Shown here one piece after another: positions 37,696-46,538 of a DNA stretch of 64,000 nt. Both the position numbers and the translations under genes were made by a program. This stretch comes from a virus (Duplodnaviria; Caudoviricetes). Every line of letters starts with the position of its first letter. The first letter of the stretch is position 1. The stretch lies in the IMG/VR virus record IMGVR_UViG_3300020576_006344, positions 1 through 64,000 of that record; one strand, given 5' to 3'. Under the pieces are notes generated by a model. The model worked only from the letters and a program-made list of their open reading frames with translations. It had not been told where the DNA came from and did not search any database.

Positions 37696-39717
37696 TCAAA
37701 AATCCAGATGCAACTGGATGATGAGATATAGGGTGTCATTCTTGAGCGTTGGCTTGGTCAGCTTTCCTACGGCCACCAATCGATCGTCGTCGTCCAATAT
37801 CCCTATCTCGGTGAAATACGTGTTGGTATCCACTCCCGTATAGAAGGTCGGGTTCAATGAAGAGTTGAACTCGGAGTTCTGAGCCTGTAGGGTGATCACC
37901 GTTGTATAGGTGGTCCGCATGAGCGACGCCTTGACATTGCCATAGAAGAAGGCCTCGTTACCGAAGGTCATGTCCAGCGTGTTCCCGCTGGCTTGATAAT
38001 CGATGCGCTCGGTGAAGGCGGTGTCGAGTGTATAGGTAGTGGCACTGTCGACATCCGATTGGTCGACAATGAACTCATTGAGCAGAGCGTAGGACGGGTT
38101 GATGGTGTTGCCGCCATCTTCGCCTCCAACGTAATAGCCGCCCCCTGTTCCTATGAGCTTCCATCCATCAGAACCCACATGGTCCACTCCCAAGTCAGCA
38201 TCCGTGTCGATCTCCTTGATCAGGATGGCCATGGAGTTGGCGTTCCAACCTGTACCAGAGTATGTCGTCATTCCAACATCGCTCCTGAGGTAAGGAAATG
38301 CGGGCGCGGAGAACCTCGCAGAGAGGTATGGCGAATAGCCGTCAGAATCCGTGTATCCTGATATTTTCTGTATGTAACCGCAGTGGAGCGCTGGCTGGTA
38401 CCCAAAAGAGGTGTTCGCCGCCCATTGATTGTCCATCGCTGGCAGGTAGGTCACATAGTAGGTTTTGCCATCCACTAGGCATCCGCTCACATCATTGATG
38501 GTCAGTCCCGCGCGAGGCGTGGAACGATAGTTAAGGTTCAACGGAGGTAACGTCCAGTTCCTGTTGCTCTTGTATGAGAGAGCCGTTAGAAGTTCGGGGT
38601 CCGTTATGGCGATGAGTTTCAGATTTGGATATACACGCCCCACAGTGAAGCCGCTTTGCGGAGCATCCATGAGCAGCGTATATGTTGTTCCGGCGATGGG
38701 GTCATAGAACACGGGGCTGTTGTTGTCGGTGAACCGTTGACCCGCATGTTCTCCCTCTCCAGCAACAGCCGCGTTCCTGTGCCATAACAAATGGGGCATG
38801 TCGACCTCCACGCTACCCGGTACAAGTTGCTCACCGTAGGTGTTGCCCGTGTACTCGTTAGTGTAGTGAAGGAAACCTATCTGACGATAGTGGTCGTCAA
38901 ACCCTAGAAAGTGCTTTTGGCCATTGTAGTCAGTGGACCCGTAAGTGGTATAGCCGCTGTCGCCCAAGGCAGTGCCGATCTCGGAACTGGAGCGTACGAT
39001 GTTGAGGTTCCAAACCTTGGTGTCCATACTGCTCCCGGACCCGTAGTACTCCATGATGCCGTTCCATGGATAATGGTGCATCCTGCTTGATTCTGATGAG
39101 CCAGCGGTGCTGAAATCAGGAAAATTGCGATCGGCAGTTACGCTGCTCGTACTACCTGTTATCCTGTACCACAACGCTACGAATGGCGCATCAGAGGTGA
39201 TTGCGGCATCGCCTCCTCCGGATGGGTTGCTGAAGACCACAAAAGCCAGATTGCCCGGTCCGGGAGAGTATGAACTGCTGGTGATTGCGGCCACGTTGGT
39301 GCCATCGAAATTGCCAGCGTTGGTGTTCCCCAATCCCAGTCTCTGGGTTCCAGAGATAACATAATCATTGACGCTGGGTATGGTGTCTCCGGTGACGCTG
39401 GTACCTCCGGAATAGAACCCCATGGATTGGCATGTCGCCGTTACGCTATGAACACCGCCAAGCAATTGGCTCAAGAGGGGAGTGGCTGGAGTGCCATCAA
39501 AATGGAACGGAGGCAATCTTGGCTGGTCGTCTTTTGGCGCCATGACGCGATTGAGAAGAATGCTGTACTGTCCCGAGCGGTCGATGGAGTAGTCGATCTC
39601 CCTATCGGAGAACACGGCCTTCTTGTAGGTCAATTGTCCGAGCGAGAGCAGTCTTCTTCCGGTGTCAGTCAGTTTGATATTGACGAACGTGGTGGGCTCT
39701 TGCACCAAAAATGACAT
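37696..39717 (-). CDS. Tail/baseplate structural protein
   Basis: N-terminal KLTDTGRR...DREIDY, C-terminal YFTEIGILDDDDRLVAVGKLTKP. Confidence 0.65.
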   Translation of the reverse strand: MSFLVQEPTTFVNIKLTDTGRRLLSLGQLTYKKAVFSDREIDYSIDRSGQYSILLNRVMAPKDDQPRLPPFHFDGTPATPLLSQLLGGVHSVTATCQSMGFYSGGTSVTGDTIPSVNDYVISGTQRLGLGNTNAGNFDGTNVAAITSSSYSPGPGNLAFVVFSNPSGGGDAAITSDAPFVALWYRITGSTSSVTADRNFPDFSTAGSSESSRMHHYPWNGIMEYYGSGSSMDTKVWNLNIVRSSSEIGTALGDSGYTTYGSTDYNGQKHFLGFDDHYRQIGFLHYTNEYTGNTYGEQLVPGSVEVDMPHLLWHRNAAVAGEGEHAGQRFTDNNSPVFYDPIAGTTYTLLMDAPQSGFTVGRVYPNLKLIAITDPELLTALSYKSNRNWTLPPLNLNYRSTPRAGLTINDVSGCLVDGKTYYVTYLPAMDNQWAANTSFGYQPALHCGYIQKISGYTDSDGYSPYLSARFSAPAFPYLRSDVGMTTYSGTGWNANSMAILIKEIDTDADLGVDHVGSDGWKLIGTGGGYYVGGEDGGNTINPSYALLNEFIVDQSDVDSATTYTLDTAFTERIDYQASGNTLDMTFGNEAFFYGNVKASLMRTTYTTVITLQAQNSEFNSSLNPTFYTGVDTNTYFTEIGILDDDDRLVAVGKLTKPTLKNDTLYLIIQLHLDF

Positions 39718-39733
39718 CGCAGCGTGTTTAACC

Positions 39734-39739
39734 TAAATA
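39734..39739 (-). promoter_or_regulatory. TATTTA candidate late promoter
   Basis: 16 nt upstream of ATG 39717, divergent pair with 39836. Confidence 0.6.
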
Positions 39740-39835
39740 AGACTGGTCAAAATTTACTGGCCAGTCCGTTGAAAACAAACGGTTAACGAAGATGTGGGGT
39801 GATGAGGCACTTTGCTTCAAAAACGTTGTGTCTCT

Positions 39836-39841
39836 TATTTA
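39836..39841 (+). promoter_or_regulatory. TATTTA candidate late promoter
   Basis: 20 nt upstream of ATG 39862. Confidence 0.6.
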
Positions 39842-39861
39842 TTGGAAACGCTCTCAGCAGA

Positions 39862-42309
39862 ATGCCCTTCGGACAACCGAGTTCGGCCAACACTCTTTCA
39901 GTCCGGATAAGGCCGGGCGAGGACCTGCGTACCTTTCCGACTGCGTCCCAATCGGTCTTCACGCATGGGGCCTTCAGAATAGAGAGAGACTTCAGTGACA
40001 ACTTCATCTCGGCCGACACCACGAGTTTGAGGTTCGACGGCTATGAGAGCTTGAGTAGCATGAACATGTCCGGTGTCACCGAGAGCGACACCACATTTGT
40101 TCATGCCAATGAGTTGAACCTCACCGACAGGGAGCTAACCAGCTATGTCTACTTCGGTTCGCTCAAAATGGAGGTCGGCGTTGCGATGAACAATATCATC
40201 GACAACTGGCCATATGCGGTGCTTGCCAACAACTTCTCCCAGAACGGACAGAACGGGACAGGCATAACCGCATACAGTTACACCGCATTGACAGCGGGAC
40301 AGTCAGGCATAGGCAGTCAGGTGTCGGTATTCCGCATTCCATATACCGCCATCACCAACATGGGCGGCATCATCCTGACATCGGGGTCCACGCGCCAAGG
40401 CAGAAGCCTGCTGATGGACACGCAGGATTTCGTGGTGCAACTCAGCGGCGGCTCCTCCCAGCACGCCATTGTGAACTATTCGTTCTCCGCTGGCCTATAC
40501 TTGGAGTTCACCGTGATGGGCTACTTGTTCAGTAGCTCCACCACAGCCTCCACCACCAACATATACATCAGGCCGAACGACAAGGTGATAGCGAACTTCA
40601 AGGAGTCACTATCCCCATTGGAGTATCAGATTCTGTACCGTGGAACATGGTTGATGCCCAATCCGTATTATGACGATGGCTCTACCATCCCGGTGACCTA
40701 TACATGGCCTATGGAGGTCGACGGCTTCAACCCCGACATATTCGGAGATGCCTTCGATGAATACCAGAACGACTTGATCGATTTCTCCGACAGGATGGAC
40801 AGGGAGAAGACCGATGTGCTAATCAGGTCCGTGGTGCCGGAGAACTACTTGGAGCTTGACTCCGAGCAATCGGTATACAGGAACATCGTTCAGGCATACG
40901 CGCACCAGTTCGACATCATCAAGCGGTACATTGATGGACTGGCCTTCGGGCACACTGTTTCATACAACGGCGAGAACAACGTACCGGACAAGTTCCTGCA
41001 CAAGCTGACCCAACTTCTTGGCCTGCAACTGCCAAGGGGGTTCAACGAGCTTGATCTCTTCAATTACCTATCGGGGGATGAGGACGAAGATGGCAACTCG
41101 CTGGGTTACTACAACCTTCAGGTGTGGAGAAGAATACTGGTGAACATCATTTGGCTCTTCAAGAAGAAGGGCACTCGTGATGCGCTCATGTTCATCTTCC
41201 GCCTCATCGGCGCTCCGGACTGCTTGATCAGGCTGAACGAGTTCGTCTATGATATCGAGAGAACAGTTGATGCGTCGGTCATCTACGATGAGTTCAGCGG
41301 CGCCACCATACTGTCGACCCAGAAGATAAACGCTGATGGGTTCGTAGAGTACGATGCCAGTGTGTTCAAGTTTCAAGAGGGCGGCAAAGGAAGAGGCGAT
41401 GGACGGAAGTATATCGACCAGTGGAGGCCTGAGTTTGACCCTGTGATAAGGGTCGACAACATAAAGACACAGACGGGCGACACCGTGTACTTCATGACCG
41501 ATAGCATCATGAACACGAAAGAGATTGACTGCGCTCTTGATCCGGCGAAGGCTATTGAGTGCGACGTGTTCACCTACTACCAACTCAGCGGAACATGCTG
41601 GGTATGGGGCTCTGGGCTGCCTTTCCAGTTCGAGAACATGAACGTTCCGTTCGAGTACGCCATAGAGGATTGCGATCTGGTGAACCCGGACTTCATAACC
41701 GGCATGACTCTGGCGCAGTACGTGGACTTCATCTACAGGTCGAACGTTCATGTTCCATCGCGAAAGACGGCCATTGGAAACCACACGGCATACCACTACC
41801 CGGAGTTACGCAGGATCTACATGAACTACTACCTCATGAGCGAGCCTGACTCCAACAGCTTGAACATGAGAAAGTTGGAGGCGTTCCTTCAACTCATAGA
41901 GTCGAATTTCTTTGTCTATTCAGAGCAGTTCATTCCCGCCACGACCATCCTTAGAACGCAAGGAACAGTGTACAGGAATACCGTCTACAACAGGCAGAGG
42001 TTCGTTTACAGGCAAGGCATAAATGCGGGAAGTGAATTCCAAGTTGAGCTTCCAGTGTCGCCCCCATGCACGGGATTGACCGCCACGGTCACTGGCACGC
42101 TTGAGGATTTCCCCACAGCCGTTATCGCCCCTGTGACTGTGGATGCTATAATCGAATCCGCGATAATGGTTTCCATCGTGCCAGTGACGGTGACCATAGA
42201 CGTATTCGAGAACATCGCCGCATCGATCGACGTGGTGAACGTGGAAATGGTGGTAGGACCTACGGATGAGGTGCAGGAGTACTTGGAAACGGTCGAACAG
42301 CGCGTCTGA
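39862..42309 (+). CDS. Baseplate wedge protein (P2 gpI / T4 gp7-like segment)
   Basis: VPDKFLHKLTQLLG...WRRILVNIIWLFKKKGTRDAL...IG. Start placed at MPFGQ. Confidence 0.65.
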   Translation: MPFGQPSSANTLSVRIRPGEDLRTFPTASQSVFTHGAFRIERDFSDNFISADTTSLRFDGYESLSSMNMSGVTESDTTFVHANELNLTDRELTSYVYFGSLKMEVGVAMNNIIDNWPYAVLANNFSQNGQNGTGITAYSYTALTAGQSGIGSQVSVFRIPYTAITNMGGIILTSGSTRQGRSLLMDTQDFVVQLSGGSSQHAIVNYSFSAGLYLEFTVMGYLFSSSTTASTTNIYIRPNDKVIANFKESLSPLEYQILYRGTWLMPNPYYDDGSTIPVTYTWPMEVDGFNPDIFGDAFDEYQNDLIDFSDRMDREKTDVLIRSVVPENYLELDSEQSVYRNIVQAYAHQFDIIKRYIDGLAFGHTVSYNGENNVPDKFLHKLTQLLGLQLPRGFNELDLFNYLSGDEDEDGNSLGYYNLQVWRRILVNIIWLFKKKGTRDALMFIFRLIGAPDCLIRLNEFVYDIERTVDASVIYDEFSGATILSTQKINADGFVEYDASVFKFQEGGKGRGDGRKYIDQWRPEFDPVIRVDNIKTQTGDTVYFMTDSIMNTKEIDCALDPAKAIECDVFTYYQLSGTCWVWGSGLPFQFENMNVPFEYAIEDCDLVNPDFITGMTLAQYVDFIYRSNVHVPSRKTAIGNHTAYHYPELRRIYMNYYLMSEPDSNSLNMRKLEAFLQLIESNFFVYSEQFIPATTILRTQGTVYRNTVYNRQRFVYRQGINAGSEFQVELPVSPPCTGLTATVTGTLEDFPTAVIAPVTVDAIIESAIMVSIVPVTVTIDVFENIAASIDVVNVEMVVGPTDEVQEYLETVEQRV

Positions 42310-43185
42310 TCAGATGCCTTGTGAGATGTCGTCGAACGTCTGATCGAGATTGATATCCTTGATCTCCTGACGAATGTCGAGGTTGCCGTTGGTGAAGGTG
42401 CTCTTTCTGGTCATCAACAAGTACTGCTTGTACAGGTTGCCTTGATCGTCGAACACGGAGTACTCTCCGGTCTCCAGATTCCTTACTGAATTGCCTCCCA
42501 ACTGCCACGACAGGGTCTCAAGCGTCTGATCTACCATCTCCACCTCTATCATGGTGGGGTCGAAGAAGGTGTTTGAGATGAGTATGGTCTGTCCTGCGCT
42601 GCCAAGGTCGGCCTTTTGCTGGCTTGAGATGAGACTGGCTTCATCCGGGGTCAACGTCAAGAACAGGTTGTTCCCATTGGGATTCAGCACATAGCTGGTG
42701 GAGTTGGCGTTACCGTTGTTATTGTTGGTACTCACGGACACTATCTCACTTGATGTGATGATGCGATGGAAGTTCTTGATCTTCACTCCATTGCCGTCAA
42801 AGTACTCCACCTGATAGCCGATAAGGCTACCACTGCTTTGGAATTGCAGTTTGGGTATGACGATGCCTTTTTTGGATATCTGAATTTCCGTGTCGGTATT
42901 GGTGACCACGAAAGAGCAGTCGACTATCTCCGTCTTGAAGCTCTTGGGCTTGATCAGGATCAGGTAGAAGCCCAACTTGTTGAAAACAGACGCTGGCAAC
43001 TTCAGCTTGTAGCCACCATCAGCGCCCAGTATCCTGCGGAACTCAGCTTCGGTGGTACTGCCGTATAAAGGAGTGAACTGGATGTCGCCTAGCTCCTCGC
43101 GCGATGACGAATAGGAGTACAGGGTGTCGACATCATTGAAGTCGACCGACGCGAGACGCTTGTTACCGTAAATGCCTACCGACAT
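42310..43185 (-). CDS. Probable virion structural protein
   Basis: 291 aa, beta-rich composition, TATTTA upstream. Confidence 0.65.
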   Translation of the reverse strand: MSVGIYGNKRLASVDFNDVDTLYSYSSSREELGDIQFTPLYGSTTEAEFRRILGADGGYKLKLPASVFNKLGFYLILIKPKSFKTEIVDCSFVVTNTDTEIQISKKGIVIPKLQFQSSGSLIGYQVEYFDGNGVKIKNFHRIITSSEIVSVSTNNNNGNANSTSYVLNPNGNNLFLTLTPDEASLISSQQKADLGSAGQTILISNTFFDPTMIEVEMVDQTLETLSWQLGGNSVRNLETGEYSVFDDQGNLYKQYLLMTRKSTFTNGNLDIRQEIKDINLDQTFDDISQGI

Positions 43186-43203
43186 GCGACAGTTGCTTTA
43201 GAG

Positions 43204-43209
43204 TAAATA
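43204..43209 (-). promoter_or_regulatory. TATTTA candidate late promoter
   Basis: 18 nt upstream of ATG 43185. Confidence 0.6.
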
Positions 43210-43215
43210 ATAGTG

Positions 43216-45030
43216 TCAGAGGATTTCGAAAGGAATAGATATCCAAGGAAGATTGTTCAGGTTGCCAGTGGAGGCTCCACAGATGGGGGTGAAGTCATCG
43301 CGCAGCCCTATTTCGTGGGTCATGTAGTCGGAAGCCAAACTGTTCTGGCTCAACAGGATCAAACCGTGCATCCTGACGTTGTGAACCTTGTTCGGGCCCA
43401 TGAACGTGGTGGTGCAGGTGGTGGTATCGAACCTCGTTCTCATGTTGCTGTAGCTGGAGAAGAGAGCCAAGGCGTTGTTGGTGGCCTGAGCAGTGGTGGA
43501 ATGGCCCGATAGGGTGAACTCCCCTATGAAGTAGGTGTTCGGTTCATCACTGAACGTCTTGAGTTGGAATCCATGGGGCCCTGACGTCTGGGAAGTGCCA
43601 ACGATGTTGAACTCCGGAATGGAAGCATACAGTTCGAACTTGTACTTCGACTCCACGAACGTGTCATCTTCCAATGTTATGTTGTCCGATGCCAGCGTAC
43701 TGCCCGCTGGCTGAAGCCCGTTGTTCGTTGGAAGCGTGATGGTGGTGGCGTCCCTTCCAAGGAGTATGTTGAAAGTAGATCCCGCTGGGATGATGGATCC
43801 GTTGTAGGTTATTTCCCCCGCTCCTTGATTGGTCACCTTGAGGACCACCCCGGAGTCGTTGCCAATGGAGTCGACTCCAAAATAATATGTGGGCCAATCC
43901 GCATAATTCAGCGACTCGGAGATGCCTGCCGTATTCTGTTGGTCCGTATAGATGGTGCCCATCTCCACCAGCCAATACAGGGAGAATGTGGTGGTTGTCT
44001 GTCCATCGGCTATGGACATCAGGTAGAGTTCCTGTTCTGTGTGGTTGGGGTCATAACCAGACAGAACAGAGCCACGCTGCTTGAATATCCTGCCAAAGTC
44101 TATGGTAGTGAACCTACGCGCTATAGGAGGGTCTTGTATCAGTATTTGGACCCTCCTGATGGACTCAGGAAGGAACTTCACACTGTCAGGGTTGGTCAAC
44201 TCAAGGATGATGCGACGTGTACCGTCCAGAAGATTGTTGAGGCTCGCATTGATGGTCAATGTCTTGATCTGCTCTCCGATAGCCCATTCCAATCGCGCTG
44301 AGTTCAGCACCACGAATGATGTTGGGTCTAGGTCGAAGTTGCTCATACCGTTGATGATGGACACATCGACTTTCTCGACGCCGTATTGACTTGGTTGGTC
44401 GAGCGACACGGTGATGTTCACCTGCTCTCCCTCCACGACCAAGTATGACTGTAGTGCTGCGCTCGAATTGACCACACTGGAGGTGAACACAGAAGCGTTG
44501 GGCCTGCTGCTGGTCACCGAGTCCACGACGACTATCGAGTCGTTGCTGTTCACAAGTGGTCGAGTGTTGGTGCTCGCTTCGATGATGGAGACCGAGCGAA
44601 GCTCGGTCGTATCCAATATCATGACGTTGGACTGCACGAGAGGGCCCGGCAACAGGTTGACCATATTGGTGATCCCCAATATGAGTTCCTCGTCGCTTTC
44701 CTCCAAGAAGTCACGGAGTGCTGGGACGATGATCACCTTTTCCTGTTCGCCTATCTCCCACCGCACATGTACCGGGAATCCAGCCACATCTACATCCCCA
44801 TCAGTGGTGCTCACATGCGAAAGAACGATGTCAGCCTCTTCAGCGCCAGTGGTGCTCGGGGAGTTCAGGGAAACGATCACTGATACCGTGTTGGCTTCGT
44901 CCACCGTATAATAGGCCGTTATGAATGAGACGCTCAGTATCTGGACGTCATATGGGAACATCTCGTTGGTTTCGAGGTTCATGTCTACGAAACACTTCAA
45001 TATGGTGTTGACCTTTGCGGATTCTTCCAT
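43216..45030 (-). CDS. Structural protein with two Calx-beta/Ig-like repeats
   Basis: Repeated VxEG/A...VSLxxPS..G.E...W.IGEQ.K.I...D...E pattern. Confidence 0.6.
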   Translation of the reverse strand: MEESAKVNTILKCFVDMNLETNEMFPYDVQILSVSFITAYYTVDEANTVSVIVSLNSPSTTGAEEADIVLSHVSTTDGDVDVAGFPVHVRWEIGEQEKVIIVPALRDFLEESDEELILGITNMVNLLPGPLVQSNVMILDTTELRSVSIIEASTNTRPLVNSNDSIVVVDSVTSSRPNASVFTSSVVNSSAALQSYLVVEGEQVNITVSLDQPSQYGVEKVDVSIINGMSNFDLDPTSFVVLNSARLEWAIGEQIKTLTINASLNNLLDGTRRIILELTNPDSVKFLPESIRRVQILIQDPPIARRFTTIDFGRIFKQRGSVLSGYDPNHTEQELYLMSIADGQTTTTFSLYWLVEMGTIYTDQQNTAGISESLNYADWPTYYFGVDSIGNDSGVVLKVTNQGAGEITYNGSIIPAGSTFNILLGRDATTITLPTNNGLQPAGSTLASDNITLEDDTFVESKYKFELYASIPEFNIVGTSQTSGPHGFQLKTFSDEPNTYFIGEFTLSGHSTTAQATNNALALFSSYSNMRTRFDTTTCTTTFMGPNKVHNVRMHGLILLSQNSLASDYMTHEIGLRDDFTPICGASTGNLNNLPWISIPFEIL

Positions 45031-45033
45031 GCG

Positions 45034-45999
45034 TCAGTTTGCGTTTAGACATGAGTAGACCTCTGGACGGACAGGGTATCCGTTCATGGAAAGCTCCTGA
45101 ACAAGAACGGAGAGCACGTCACTGGAGGAGAACCCGTTGGTGGTGTCACCGAGCATGTCCTGTATATGCTGGCTATCAATGGCGTTGATCTCCATCATCC
45201 TTCGATGCGAGAAGTACAGCAGATCGCAATGCCGATTGTCCATGCATTGGGAACCATAGCATCTGGCTATCAACTCCTGCGCTGAGGCACTGAAATCATT
45301 TACGTTGAATACACTCGTGCTTCTTCGCAGTCGCTCTGATGGCAGAATGGTGACTTCGGCTCTACCAATGCGCTCGGTTTCTATGGTGGTATCAACCTCA
45401 ACGAACACTTCTGGATTCATGAGTTGACTGATCCGGTTAGGACAGTCATCGTACTTGTCCTTGCCATCTTGCAGATACGTTCTCGTAATGAAAACGGATA
45501 TGTAGTATCCGGGCGCAAGGTCGTACTTGATGGTGGTGTTCATCGCTTCTTGCGATCTGTCAGATTGGTCGACCGACAATGGGATGTTCTCCAGTGCCGC
45601 CGTGGGAGCCTCGCCGTTCCACAGGTGATCGGCCTCCATCGTCTGTACGGTAACCGTTTGGACAAGGCTGTTCTCCACGACGTTGGATGGAGTTTGTGTC
45701 CCCGCGAGCACGGTGATCTCATAGAATTGATTGAATACGTTGGCAAGCTCCTCATTGCTTCCCACTATCTGAACATATTCCGACTGCGTTGTGTTACCGG
45801 TGAGATAAGCTAGGAAATCCATGGCTATGACATTGTTCCTAGGATCGTTCAAGAACGTACGTACGTTGAACGGTGTCACCGTGGAGCCGCCTATGGAGTT
45901 GCCATAGACATAGTATCCGTTGAAATCGCGCAGGGCGGTTGTCGTCACTGACGGCGTTCCGGACAAGGACCTGTCTAGGAGAAGTCGGTGATACTGCAT
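45034..45999 (-). CDS. Probable structural protein
   Basis: 321-aa ORF in late operon. Confidence 0.6.
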   Translation of the reverse strand: MQYHRLLLDRSLSGTPSVTTTALRDFNGYYVYGNSIGGSTVTPFNVRTFLNDPRNNVIAMDFLAYLTGNTTQSEYVQIVGSNEELANVFNQFYEITVLAGTQTPSNVVENSLVQTVTVQTMEADHLWNGEAPTAALENIPLSVDQSDRSQEAMNTTIKYDLAPGYYISVFITRTYLQDGKDKYDDCPNRISQLMNPEVFVEVDTTIETERIGRAEVTILPSERLRRSTSVFNVNDFSASAQELIARCYGSQCMDNRHCDLLYFSHRRMMEINAIDSQHIQDMLGDTTNGFSSSDVLSVLVQELSMNGYPVRPEVYSCLNAN

Positions 46000-46514
46000 T
46001 ACTTCTGGATGTCTATGTTGAGCAATTTGGCCTTAGACACGATGCTCGTGAGCATGACCTGCGAGGTCTCTATCTCATCAATAGTGACCTTGGTGCCATC
46101 AGGAGCGGTCCATGGCAATTCGTTCTTGCCGACATAATCGAACCAGTTCCTGACCTCCGTGTTGGAGGACCCTTGCAGGTCCGCCCTCACGGAGAAGATG
46201 AAGTTGATCATGGTGTCGGTAAGGTCATATCCATTGTTCACCTTGTTCCTCAGGATGTTGTCGAAAAAAGCGTACTCCAGATAAAACGGGTTGACCTCCT
46301 GTCTCTCTATCTTCTGTATGCGGTTGTCCTTCTGCACATCAACATAATCCATGACCTGATAGGTCTTATAGAGAGGGATGTTGAGGTAGAAGTCGTTGAA
46401 CGGTATGTCGGATATGCTTCCATTGCGGAAAAAGGCGTACCCCTGTGTGTATGCGCTTGTGGGGCGCACATCGACATAGATGGTGGTCTTTATGAAGTCT
46501 CCCTCAGCGTACAT
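45999..46514 (-). CDS. Probable structural protein
   Basis: 171-aa ORF, TATTTA upstream. Confidence 0.6.
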   Translation of the reverse strand: MYAEGDFIKTTIYVDVRPTSAYTQGYAFFRNGSISDIPFNDFYLNIPLYKTYQVMDYVDVQKDNRIQKIERQEVNPFYLEYAFFDNILRNKVNNGYDLTDTMINFIFSVRADLQGSSNTEVRNWFDYVGKNELPWTAPDGTKVTIDEIETSQVMLTSIVSKAKLLNIDIQK

Positions 46515-46523
46515 GGCTTCTCA

Positions 46524-46529
46524 TAAATA
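46524..46529 (-). promoter_or_regulatory. TATTTA candidate late promoter
   Basis: 9 nt upstream of ATG 46514. Confidence 0.6.
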
Positions 46530-46538
46530 CACCATCTC

